Source: an uncultured Actinomycetes bacterium
GTDB lineage: Bacteria > Actinomycetota > UBA4738 > HRBIN12
Assembly (NCBI GenBank): GCA_963723855.1
Contig: CAVRSI010000015.1
Coordinates: 115,815-179,814, forward strand
Reading direction: 5' to 3'
DNA length: 64,000 nt
Numbering within the stretch: the first letter of the stretch is position 1; the number at the start of each line of letters is the position of its first letter. Both the position numbers and the translations under genes were made by a program. Below, in pieces: positions 43,001-53,287 of the stretch. The notes below the pieces were generated by a model that ran no database searches, was not told the origin of the DNA, and was given only the letters and a program-made list of their open reading frames with translations.

Positions 43001-44644
43001 TCAGATCCGCGCGAAGAAGATGAATTGCAGGTTCCGCGGGTGTGGCAGCGGCTTCCCGCTGAAGCGATCGGTCACCACGCTCATGTCCGTCCACACCACG
43101 TTCGCGTGGCCATCCGCGCCGTAGTCGAGGCCGATGTAGTCACCATTGAACGTTGCGCATTTCCTGCATCCGTCGGCGTTGGATTGGAAGAACAGCGAGT
43201 TGGTCGGGTCCGACGGTGCCACGCTCACGGTCGATTTCGTGAACAGACCAGGCGCACCCACCGAGAGCGACGCGTTGTACAGATCAGGGTTCATCGGGTC
43301 ACGGTCGTTGTAGACCACCCCCAGCTGTCCGGTCGCTGGGTTCACGTCGGCCCAGGGGAACCATTGGTCTCGGGGACCCGTGTCCACTCCGACCGGAGCG
43401 CTCCATGTCGCGCCGCCGTCGTTGGAAACCACCACGTAGACGTTCATGTCGGTGACCGGATCGGGGACGTCGTGCGTACCGGCTCGATTGTCGGCGAACA
43501 CGACGTACAACGTCCCGGTCGCCCCGATGGCGACGTTGCCGGCGGAATTCAGCCGGACTTGGTATCCGTTCACGGTCTGCCGACCGTCCACGTTGCGTGC
43601 CAGATCGTGCTTGCCATCCTCGAGGTCCGCCGCATCGACGGGTGCGCTCCACGTGGCCCCGCCATCCAACGACTTCACGACCAGGTAGCTGCTCTCCGTC
43701 TCCTTGCCCGTCTCCCAGACAGCCGAGTTCTGGCCGTTCTCGAAGGCAACGTAGACCGTACCGTCGGCCGCGATCGCGCCGACCGAGTACTGGTCCTCGT
43801 CGCATTGGCCCGCCGGCCCGTCCGTCTGGAACGTGCAGAACGCTGCGCTCCCCGAGATCTCATGCGCCGTGCTCCACGTGAGGCCGCCGTCGTCGCTGTG
43901 GGACTCCCAGATCGGAGATTCCGCGACCGAACCGTCGTGTGAGAGGAAGCGGCTCCAGGTCAGATACACACGGCCGTAGTACGGAGAGCTGGGGTTGGTG
44001 TCCGCGACCATCCAATCCTTGTCGTTGAAGACCTGCGTGGGATCCTCGTCCGCACCGTGACCCTGATACACGACGACCGGCGTCGCCCACTTCACGCCCC
44101 CATCCGTCGAGATCGACACGACAACGTCACCCGACGTTGCCTGCCCGTCGTTGCGGATGACGTAGTTGAGCGACGAGTGCAGGACGTTACCGCTCTTCGG
44201 CTCGAACACCGTGACGGGATCGCTCCCCGTCCGACGCTTGGTGAGGACCGACATGTTGCCCGTCTGCCAGGTGAGTCCGCCGTCGAACGTCGTGTAGAAC
44301 TCGTCGCAACACGAGTCGTAGTCGTTCGAGCTCGCCACCATGTGGAGCGGATCAGTCGGGTCGACCGCGATATGCGGCTCGTTGTTCGGCGCTTTCGTAT
44401 CGCAATCGAGCTGGGTATTCGCGGCTCCTGCCGTGGTAGCGGCTGTGCAATCGATGACGGAGGCCAGGTGATCCGCCGACACGGACGATCCTTGCGTGCG
44501 GACCCCTTCGATCGATCGGTGAACACGACTGCTCAGATGTGCACCTTCAAGGAAGCTGTTGGCTTTACCGGCCCCCGAAGCGGTAGGCACCGCCACCAGC
44601 ATGAGCACGCACACGGTCGCCACGATCGTCGAAACGCGTTTCAC
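43001..44644 (-). CDS. Secreted BNR/Asp-box beta-propeller protein (sialidase-like)
   Basis: Signal peptide; five Asp boxes (TFDGGLTW, STDGGVKW, SDDGGLTW, SLDGGATW, SNDGGATW); GDYIG near the C-terminus. Confidence 0.85.
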   Translation of the reverse strand: MKRVSTIVATVCVLMLVAVPTASGAGKANSFLEGAHLSSRVHRSIEGVRTQGSSVSADHLASVIDCTAATTAGAANTQLDCDTKAPNNEPHIAVDPTDPLHMVASSNDYDSCCDEFYTTFDGGLTWQTGNMSVLTKRRTGSDPVTVFEPKSGNVLHSSLNYVIRNDGQATSGDVVVSISTDGGVKWATPVVVYQGHGADEDPTQVFNDKDWMVADTNPSSPYYGRVYLTWSRFLSHDGSVAESPIWESHSDDGGLTWSTAHEISGSAAFCTFQTDGPAGQCDEDQYSVGAIAADGTVYVAFENGQNSAVWETGKETESSYLVVKSLDGGATWSAPVDAADLEDGKHDLARNVDGRQTVNGYQVRLNSAGNVAIGATGTLYVVFADNRAGTHDVPDPVTDMNVYVVVSNDGGATWSAPVGVDTGPRDQWFPWADVNPATGQLGVVYNDRDPMNPDLYNASLSVGAPGLFTKSTVSVAPSDPTNSLFFQSNADGCRKCATFNGDYIGLDYGADGHANVVWTDMSVVTDRFSGKPLPHPRNLQFIFFARI

Positions 44645-44751
44645 CGGACCCCCTCTCTCGGCGGCAACGCCACCCGCCCGATCACGCTCCGCGGCGCGGA
44701 ACGCGCACCGGCCGCATCATCACATGACGCCGAAGAGGCCGTCGAGGGAGG

Positions 44752-45139
44752 TCAGGCGGCGCCGGACGCGGCGGCCCAGGCGGCCTCGAGCCGGTCCGGG
44801 CCGAAGACGGCCTTCGGGATGTACGCGGCGGCGCCGCACTCCGCGGCGCGCGGCGCGTACTCGTCCTCCTCGTACGTCGAGAGCAGGAGCACGACCACGG
44901 CGTTCGATCCGTCCCCGGCACCGGCGAGGATCTGACGAGTCGCATCCAACCCGTTGATGCCCGGGAGGTTCACGTCCATGAGGACCAGGTCCGGGCGTGA
45001 GCTCGGCGGCCATGGCGACGGAGTCCTCGCCCGACTCGGCCTCGCCCACGACGTCGAAGCCCTCCGTGGCCTCCACCACCATGCGGGCGGCCATCCGGAA
45101 GGGCTCTTGGTCGTCGACGATCAACACCCGAACGGTCAT
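44752..45139 (-). CDS. Stand-alone receiver-domain protein (indel near 44995)
   Basis: VLIVDDQEPF, MDVNLPGING, LLSTY, AYIPK. Confidence 0.85.
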
Positions 45140-45176
45140 GGATCGTCAGCGTCCCACCGCGACCTGATCGAACGCC

Positions 45177-45194
45177 AGTAGTGCCAGCACCACT
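45177..45194. promoter_or_regulatory. Palindrome AGTAGTGC-CA-GCACCACT, putative operator
   Basis: Same GTGCCAGCAC core as 40015-40024; about 40 bp upstream of the receiver gene. Confidence 0.55.
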
Positions 45195-45217
45195 ATCCGT
45201 TGCGCCGGAGAACGGCG

Positions 45218-46333
45218 CTACGCTGCCAGCTCGGCCAGACGGAGGAACGCGCGTTCGAGCAGGAGGCGTGGATTGAGGTTGAGGTCCTCCGCCAGGTCCG
45301 CCCGCGCCTGCTCGATCCCCGCGAGCCCGCGCGCGGCCCGCACGACGCTCAGCCGGTCGTCCGGCACCAGATCGGGGTTCATGAAGAGCTCGGGACCGCC
45401 GCCGATCGCGGAGCGCGATCCGGTCGCGGAGGAGCGACGACACCGCGAGCAGCTCCCAGTCGATGTAGTCGCGCTCGGCTCGCCGTTCGCGCCGCTGGAA
45501 CCGCGTCTCGATGCGTTTGATGGCCCCGCGATACGCGTCCTCGGGGCGGCCCTTCTCGTCGACGAACGGCGCGAGCGCCGTCTCGAGCTCGGCCTTGAGG
45601 CCCTTCTTGTACTCGGCCGCGGCGGCGAGCACGACGTCGGCCGCCTCGAGCGCCCCCGTGGAGCCCTCCGAGGCGAGCGAGACGGCGTGCGCGGCCGCCT
45701 CGCGGAACCGCAGCCCATCGGCCGCGGTGGCCAAGTCGCCGCGCGCGGCCCAGGTTGCCGCCCGCGAGCCGCGCGGCCAGGCGGGCCCGCGTCTCGTCGA
45801 CCCCTTCGCCGACGAGCACGTCCACGACGAACGTCTCGGACAGCGCCGTGAACGTGACGACGTGGCACCGGGACAGGACCGTCTCGGGCAGCTCGTGCGC
45901 TCGAGCCGACATCAAGCAGCAAGACGGAGTCGGCGGGAGGTTCCTCGAGCACCTTGAGGAGCGTGTCCGCCGCGGCCGGCGACAAGCGATCGGCCTCACG
46001 GATCAGGAACACCTTGCGGCCGGGCTCGGGAGCGGTCCGATAGGCGGGGGTCCAGACCTCCTCGCGGATGGTGTCCACGTGGATGTCCCGGCCCTCGGGC
46101 TCGACCAGGAACACGTTGGGGTGATGATCGGCGAGCGCGAGCCGACAGGTCCGGCACGCTCCGCAGCCGCCGTCCGGGCACAGGAGCGCGGCGACGAACG
46201 CCCGGGCGGCGATCGACTTGCCCGAGCCCTCGGGCCCCGCGAACACGTAGGCGTGATGCGGACGCTCGGCGGCGCCGGTCAGGAACGCCATCGCGGCATC
46301 CTGCCCGGGTACCTGATCGAGGACGACGCTCAC
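45218..46333 (-). CDS. holB: DNA polymerase III delta-prime subunit (frameshifted)
   Basis: HAYVFAGPEGSGK, C4 zinc motif CPDGGCGACRTC, HPNV, LLKVLEEPP, LPETVLSRC. Confidence 0.92.
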   Translation of the reverse strand: MSVVLDQVPGQDAAMAFLTGAAERPHHAYVFAGPEGSGKSIAARAFVAALLCPDGGCGACRTCRLALADHHPNVFLVEPEGRDIHVDTIREEVWTPAYRTAPEPGRKVFLIREADRLSPAAADTLLKVLEEPPADSVLLLDVGSSARAARDGPVPVPRRHVHGAVRDVRRGRARRRRGRRDAGPPGRAARGRQPGPRAATWPPRPMGCGSARRPRTPSRSPRRAPRGRSRRPTSCSPPRPSTRRASRPSSRRRSRRSSTRRAAPRTRIAGPSNASRRGSSGANGEPSATTSTGSCSRCRRSSATGSRSAIGGGPELFMNPDLVPDDRLSVVRAARGLAGIEQARADLAEDLNLNPRLLLERAFLRLAELAA

Positions 46334-46342
46334 GGGGCGATG

Positions 46343-48395
46343 CTACCCGGCCGGTCCGACCGGATCCGCCGTCGCCGGGGGGTCGGCCTCGTCCCGATCC
46401 TTCAGCACGCGGCCGAGCGCTTCCTTCACGCTCTCGAAGACCTCGGCCTGCGGGCGATCGGCATCGATCACGACGAACCGCTCCGGGTGCTCCTCGGCGA
46501 TCTTCAGGTACGCGTCGGAGACCTTGGCGTGGAAGTCCTGGCCCTCCAGCTCCATCCGGTCGGGCGCCTCGGTCGATCGGAGCAAGCCCAGCTCCGGCTC
46601 CACGTGGAGCAGCACCACGAGGTCGGGGAACAGCCCCTGCGTCGCCCAGACGTTGAGGGTCAACACGTCCTGCTCGCCCAGGCCGCGCGCCCACCCCTGG
46701 TAGGCGAGCGACGAGTCCACGTAGCGGTCGCAGATCACCGTCTTCCCCTCCGCCAGGGCCGGGCGGATGACCGTCGTCACCGTCTGCGCGCGGCTGGCCG
46801 CGAACAACAGCGCTTCGGCCCGCGCGTCCAACTTGCCGGTGTTCGGGTCCAGCAACAGCTGGCGAACTCGCTCGCCCAGCTCGGTCCCGCCCGGCTCGCG
46901 CGTCACGAGGACGTCGAGCCCGAGCGTTCGCAGGTACGCCTCGGCCAGGCCGATCTGCGTGCCCTTGCCCGCACCCTCCACCCCTTCGAAGGCGATGAAC
47001 AGCCCGGTCGCCGGCGGCCGCTTCAGCTTCGGCACGAGGGTGAGGGGTTGGGGCCGGCTGAGGCGGAACCGGTGCAGGAGACGGCGTGTGTTGAGCCCCG
47101 CGATGAGCACGAGCAGCCCCGCCGCCCAGAGCGCCACGCGCGTGCCGGACAGGACGAACCCTTCGGTGGGGGGCCCGGTCGTGCCGTAGACGGACGAGTC
47201 ATAGACGGAAGACAGGATAGGGAAGAAGGTGAGCGACGCGAAGAGCCCGAGCCGTGACAGGACCGTGAGCGACGCGAACGTGCGCCCGCGGTACTCATCC
47301 TCGACGTTCTCCTGCAGCAGCGTGTAGCCGCTCACCCACGCCAGCCCGCAGAACAAGCCGAGCCACACGGTGACGACCGCCGCAAGCGAGAACGTCGGCA
47401 TCGCCGGCCAGCAGGAAGAGCGCTGACCGCCGCCGACAGCAACGACCGCGTGAACACCAGCTCGCGCTCGATGAACTTCGTGACCTGGTTCGATCCGGCC
47501 ATCCCGATCGCCATGCCCGACGCCGAACGCCACGACCACCACGCCCCATCCGGCGGCCTTCGCATGGAGCGTGGTGTCCACGAAGATCGGTCCGAGCGCC
47601 AGCACCGCCCCGACGGCAGCGAACGCGATCACGATCCCGGCGGTCATGGCCGACGCGATCGAGTCCTCGCGGAGGAAGCGGAGCCCGTCCATGACGTCGC
47701 GCCAGATCCGCGAGAGATCGAACCGCTCGAGCCCGCGCGATGCCGGCGTCTTCAAAGGCACGCCGCTCACCATCACGAGCGGAGAACGCGAACGTGCCGG
47801 CGTCCAACAGCAGCGCGAGTGTCTGCGGTCGCGCGAGGCCGATCACGCCGCTTATCACAGCGAGGACGTAGAACACCGCACCACCGAGCGGGAGCGTCGC
47901 ATACGTGCTGACCAGCCCGATCGAGTTCGCGTTCGCGAGCTGTCGCCGCGGAACCAGGTTCGGCAGCGACGCGTCGCGGGCGGGCGTCCAGAGCAGCGAG
48001 AAGCATTCGATCACGAACGACAGCAGGAAGATGACGCCGAGACGGTGGACGAACGCCATCGTGCCGTAGAGCGCGCCGCGCGCGATGTCGGCCGCGATCA
48101 TGATCTTCTTGCGGTCGAACCGGTCGACGAGCGCACCCGCGAACGGCCCGAAGAGGATCGCGGGCAGCATCCTCGCGGTCATCACTCCACCGATGGCGAG
48201 GCCGGCGGTGGCGGGCATCCCGGATGAAAGCGTCGTGACCAGCGACGTCACCGCGACGAACCCGACCCAGTCCCCCAGGGACGACACCGTCATCGCCGCC
48301 AACAGGCGGGAGAAGCCGGGGTTCGTCAGGAGATCTTTGAGTGTCGCCGACCTGGTTCCGCGGAGTGCGGCGACCTCGTCGGCGATGCTGGCCAC
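46343..48395 (-). CDS. tmk: MFS transporter - thymidylate kinase fusion (frameshifted)
   Basis: MFS motif GALVDRFDRKK with many TMs, in frame with FEGVEGAGKGTQ, TREPGGT, CDRYVDSSLAYQG. Confidence 0.88.
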
Positions 48396-48401
48396 GAGCC
48401 G

Positions 48402-50912
48402 CTAGGCCTCCGGCGCGTCGGGCACGGCCGCGAGCGCCGCAGCGGCCGCCGCGGGGGCCTTCTTCGCGGCCGGCTTCCGCTTCGCAGCGGGTTCGCGCTT
48501 CGCCGCCGTCTTCTTCCCTGATGTCTTCCGGGCAGCCGGCTTCTTCTTCTTGGCGCGCGCCTCGCGCGCCGCCGCCTTGGCCGCTCGGACCGCAGCCTCT
48601 GCTTCGACGTCGCCGTCCTTCGTCACGTTGAAGTCCAGGTCGAGCTCGGCGCCGCAGTTCCAGCACTTGACGCTCTTCGGCCGCTGCAGCAGGAGCGAGC
48701 CGCACTGCGGGCACGGGTGGTCCTTGATCGGCGGGTTGCTCACCGCGAGCGTGCACTCCGGGTAACGGTCGCAGCTGTAGAACGGCGCGCCGAAGCGGTT
48801 CTTCCGTTCCACCAGCGTGCCCTGGTGGCACTCGGGACACGTCACGCCGGTGGAGACCGGCGGGTCCTTGCGGATGTAGCGGCACTCCGGGTAGCCGCTG
48901 CAGCCGACGAACGGCCCGAACCGCCCGACCCGCTCCTGCAGCTTGTGGACGCCGCACTCCGGACAGGTCTCGTCGAGCAGCACGGGCTCCGGACGCTCGC
49001 TCCCGTCCATGTTGCGGATGTAGCGGCACTCCGGATAGTTCGGGCAGCCGATGAACTTGCCGAACCGGCCGAGCTTCACCTGCAGCTTGCCCGGCTCGCG
49101 TCCCTCCTTCGGACAGAGCGGGCAGAGCTCGTCGAGCTCCTCTTCGTACCGCTCGAACGAGTGCTCCGCCTTCTCGAGCGCCCGCTGGAACGGCTCGTTG
49201 AACTCGTGGAGCACCTGCGTCCACTCGATCCCGCCCTCGGCGATGTCGTCGAGCTCGTCCTCCATGTGCGCGGTGAAGTTGACGTCGACGACATCGGGGA
49301 AGTGCTCGATGAGCTTGTCGGTCACGACCATGCCCACGTCCTCGGGGTAGAAGCGCTTCTCCTCCAGGCGGACGTACCCGCGATCCTGGATCGTCGAGAT
49401 GATCGACGCGTACGTGGACGGGCGGCCGATCCCCAGCTCCTCGAGCGTCTTCACGAGCGACGCCTCGGAGAACCGGGGCGGCGGCTGGGTGAAGTGCTGC
49501 TCGGGCAGGACCTCGAGCATGCGCAGCACCTGTTCGACGGTGAGCTCCGGGAGCGTGGACTCGGCGTCGGGGTCGGCCTGGTCGTCGCGCCCTTCCTTAT
49601 AGATGCGGATGAACCCGTCGAACACGAGCGTCTGGCCCGTGGCTCGAAGTCCGTACCGGATGGCGCCGGCCGGGTCCTCGGCGAGCGCCTCGATGTCGAT
49701 CCCCACCTGGTTGAAGCGGGCGTCGGCGACCTGCGTCGCGACGGTTCGTTGCCAGATCAGCCGATACAGCCGCAGCTGGTCGTGATCGAGGACCCGGCTC
49801 ATCAGCTCCGGCGTTCGGAGCACGGACGTCGGACGGACGGCCTCGTGCGCCTCCTGCGCGCTCCGCGACTTGGTCTTGTAGCGCCGCGGCTCGTCGAGCG
49901 CGTAGGTCTGACCGTACGTGGCCCGCACCAGCTCGGCGATCTCGCGGAGCGCCGTGTCGGCGATGTTCAGCGAGTCGGTCCTCATATAGGTGATCAGCCC
50001 GACCGTTCCCTCGCCCGGGAGGTCGACGCCTTCGTACAGACGCTGGGCGAGCGTCATGGTCTTGCGCGCCGAGAACCCGAGCTTGCGCGCCGCCTCCTGC
50101 TGGAGGGTCGACGTGGTGAACGGCGGGGCCGGCGAGCGCTTGCGCTCCTTGCGCTCCACGTTGGTGACGCGGTAGCTGGCGCGGTTCAGGCGTTCGACGT
50201 GCTGGGCGGCGTCGGGCTCCGCACCCAGGTGCACGCCCTTCTTGTCCGGTGAGGCGGCGAGCTTGCCCTCGGGCACCTCGACCAGCCGGGCGAGGAACGG
50301 CTGCTCGTCGCCGTCGGGCGTGAGCCGGACGTCGACGCTCCAGTACTCGATCGGGTTGAACGCCAGGATCTCGCGCTCGCGCTCGACGATCAGGCGGACG
50401 GCGACGGATTGCACCCGGCCGGCCGACAGGCCCGGCCGGACGCGCTTCCACAGCAGCGGCGAGATCCGGTATCCGACCAGCCGGTCGAGGACGCGCCGCG
50501 CCTGCTGCGCGTCGACGAGCTTCATGTCGATCTCGCGCGGCTCGCGGAACGCCTCGAGGATTGCGTCCTTCGTGATCTCGGTGAACGTCACGCGCTTCGC
50601 GAGGTCGGGGGAGACCCCGAGGATGGTCGCCACGTGGAACGCGATGGCCTCGCCCTCGCGGTCGTAGTCGGTGGCCAGGACGAGGTCGTCGGCCTTCTTG
50701 TGGGCGGACTTCAGCTCCCGGACGTGCCGCTCGGATTCCTCCGGGACCATGTATTCGGGCTCGAAGTCGTGATCGACGTCGACACCGAGCTGGCTCTTGG
50801 GGAGGTCCCGGATGTGCCCATAGGAGGCCCGGACGGTGTAGTCACCGCCCAGGTACTTCTCGATCGTCTTCGCCTTCGCCGGCGATTCGACGACGACCAG
50901 CGTTTTCGGCAT
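48402..50912 (-). CDS. topA: DNA topoisomerase I with C-terminal zinc ribbons and a Lys/Ala tail
   Basis: VESPAKAK, ATDYDREGE, SAGRVQS, ITYMRTDS, EAHEAVRP, GIGRPSTY; CPxC..C..YPEC repeats. Confidence 0.96.
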   Translation of the reverse strand: MPKTLVVVESPAKAKTIEKYLGGDYTVRASYGHIRDLPKSQLGVDVDHDFEPEYMVPEESERHVRELKSAHKKADDLVLATDYDREGEAIAFHVATILGVSPDLAKRVTFTEITKDAILEAFREPREIDMKLVDAQQARRVLDRLVGYRISPLLWKRVRPGLSAGRVQSVAVRLIVEREREILAFNPIEYWSVDVRLTPDGDEQPFLARLVEVPEGKLAASPDKKGVHLGAEPDAAQHVERLNRASYRVTNVERKERKRSPAPPFTTSTLQQEAARKLGFSARKTMTLAQRLYEGVDLPGEGTVGLITYMRTDSLNIADTALREIAELVRATYGQTYALDEPRRYKTKSRSAQEAHEAVRPTSVLRTPELMSRVLDHDQLRLYRLIWQRTVATQVADARFNQVGIDIEALAEDPAGAIRYGLRATGQTLVFDGFIRIYKEGRDDQADPDAESTLPELTVEQVLRMLEVLPEQHFTQPPPRFSEASLVKTLEELGIGRPSTYASIISTIQDRGYVRLEEKRFYPEDVGMVVTDKLIEHFPDVVDVNFTAHMEDELDDIAEGGIEWTQVLHEFNEPFQRALEKAEHSFERYEEELDELCPLCPKEGREPGKLQVKLGRFGKFIGCPNYPECRYIRNMDGSERPEPVLLDETCPECGVHKLQERVGRFGPFVGCSGYPECRYIRKDPPVSTGVTCPECHQGTLVERKNRFGAPFYSCDRYPECTLAVSNPPIKDHPCPQCGSLLLQRPKSVKCWNCGAELDLDFNVTKDGDVEAEAAVRAAKAAAREARAKKKKPAARKTSGKKTAAKREPAAKRKPAAKKAPAAAAAALAAVPDAPEA

Positions 50913-51110
50913 ACGCAACGAACCTTTACTGGGCTGGGGGAAGGTGTCGATCGACACCCCTTGGCGGCGAAGGTACCACCGCGGCAGCCGGCGACGTGGA
51001 GCCCGGGACGCCGGTGGGTGGGTTCGACACGCCCAGAACACCACTCGGGGGGTCCTGTATTCCCGGCCCCGCTGCTACGCTCGAACGTCCCCCGGACCGA
51101 TGGAGCAATC

Positions 51111-51787
51111 GTGCTCGCCCTGTTCACCGACTTCGTGACGAACCAGATCGTGCAGTACGGCTACCTGGCGATCTTCCTCCTCATGCTGCTGGAATCGGCG
51201 TGTATCCCGATCCCGTCCGAGGTCACGATGCTGTTCGGTGGGGCGCTCGCCAGCGCCGGGTTCGTGGCCGGGCGGGCGGGAGCTGAGCCTGCTCTGGGTC
51301 GGTCATGGCCGGGACCGCCGGCAACATGGTCGGGTCGTGGCTCGCGTACTGGGCGGGCGCCGTCGGGGGGACGGCCGTTGGTCGACCGGTTCGGCCGCTA
51401 CGTATTGATCCGCCCCCACGAGGTCGATCGAGGCCCACGCATGGTTCGAGCGAACGGTGATGCTGCCGTCTTCTTCTCGCGCATGATCCCGGTCGTCCGG
51501 ACATTCATCAGCGTCCCCGCCGGTGTCGCGCGGATGAACTTCGCGAAGTTCACGCTCTACACGATCTTGGGATGCCTCCCCTGGACGCTCGCCCTGGCCT
51601 GGATCGGCTACACGTTGGGCGACAACTGGGGCGCCGCGCGAGAAGGTGATCACGACCGGTCGCATGGGTGATCGTCGCGGTCATCCTGCTCGGGGGCGTG
51701 TGGTGGGTGACCCGGAGGTGGCGTCAGGTCCGCGGGGAGTACGCGGAGTTGGACCGGGCGCGAGATGCCGAGCACGTCGAACCGTAG
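51111..51787 (+). CDS. DedA-family membrane protein (frameshifted)
   Basis: LESACIPIPSEV, SRMIPVVRTFISVPAG. Confidence 0.85.
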
Positions 51788-51813
51788 ATCGTCCGGAGCG
51801 ACGGTGCGCCACG

Positions 51814-52297
51814 TCAGAGGTTCACGACCATCGATCCAGGAGCCGCCGTCGTCCTCCGCCACGCGCTCGAACCCGACCCGCTGGTACATCATCCGCGAGC
51901 GGTTGTGCACGGCGACGGAGAGCGAGAGCGCCTGGAACCCCTCCTCGCGCGCTTGCACCATGAGCGCCCGAAGCAACGTGCCCCCGATGCCCTTGCGGCG
52001 GTGCAGCGGCTCGACCGCGAGGCCGAGCTCGGGGATCTTCTCGTCCACGAACCCGTAGCCGGGGGCATCTGCCGTGAACAGCCGGTACCACGCGGCGCCG
52101 ACGGGCACGTCGTCGAGCTCCGCGATCACGCCCGCATCTCCCGGCCTGCCCCATCCTTCGTGGTAGCGCGTGGTCATCGGATCGGCGAGGACCTCCTCGA
52201 GCGACTCTCGGGGCCAGTCGGGGTTCCACCGAGCGGCCTCGTAGAGCATCTTCTGCAAGAACTCGACGTCGTCGTGCGTGGCCGGCCTGATGTTCAC
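51814..52297 (-). CDS. GNAT acetyltransferase (indel near the 3' end)
   Basis: IRPAT, GYGFVDEKIPEL, HRRKGIGG, LSLSV..N..MYQRVGF. Confidence 0.87.
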
Positions 52298-52333
52298 GCT
52301 GCCTCCTCGACCCCATGAGAAGCTTCCGCTCAG

Positions 52334-53276
52334 ATGGGAACGCTAATACAGCGGGTGACCGGTTGGCTCCGCGACTTCGGAGAAACCTGGCTCCTGCGGC
52401 TGCGTCCAGTGGATCTCCGTCCAGCTCGGCCGGTTCACCCCCCGCGTGCAGACCCGCATCGTCCGGGCCGTTCAGGTGGCGGTGGAGGTGCACGTCAAGA
52501 GCCTGTTCGACGACGTGAGCACGCAGGCCGCCGCCCTCACCTATGCCACGTTCCTGTCGCTGCTCCCCCTGCTCCTGGTCGGCTTCTCGCTCGCCGGAAC
52601 CGTGATCACGAGCGTCGGACAGACGACCTGGTTCCAGGATCTGATCGCCGGCATCCCGGGCCTGTCGGAAGCGGGCCTCGACTCCCTCCAGCACCAGCTC
52701 AGCGCGCGGGCCGACATCGGGTTCATCGGGTTGATCGGCGCCCTGTGGGCAGCGTCGGTGCTCTCGAGCCGCGCGGAACGGGCGCTCGCGAAGGTCTTCG
52801 ACGTGAAACGACGGAACGTCGTGAACCGGTTCCGCGCCGTGATGATCACGGTCGTGCTCGGCGCGGTGGTGATCGGCGGCTTGGTGGTCGGCGCCGTCGT
52901 CCAGAGCTACGACCTCCACGGCCTGATCGTGATCCCGGCGTGGATCGTGGTGCGTGTCCTGCTGCTCCTGGTGGAGTTCGGGTACTTCCTGCTGCTGTTC
53001 AAGCTGCTCACGCCCAGCAAGACGCTCCGGTGGCGCGACCACCTGCCCGGCGCGATCCTCATGACGCTCGGTTTCGGGGTCCTCAAGATCATCGGCGGCC
53101 TGCTCGTCTCCCGCACGGTCGCGCATTGGTCGTCGCTCTACGGGACCATCGGCAGCATCTTCGGCCTGCTCGTGATCATCCGACTGGCGATGTGGATCTT
53201 CATGTACGGCGCCGAGCTCTCGTCGGTGATCCTCCGAGAGGGGCAAGGCGATGCGGGCGTGCCGGCGACCGGCTAG
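52334..53276 (+). CDS. YihY/BrkB-family membrane protein (indel near 52440)
   Basis: AAALTYATFLSLLP, LPGAIL, YGTIGSIFGLL..GAEL. Confidence 0.85.
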
Positions 53277-53287
53277 TCTGATACGGA

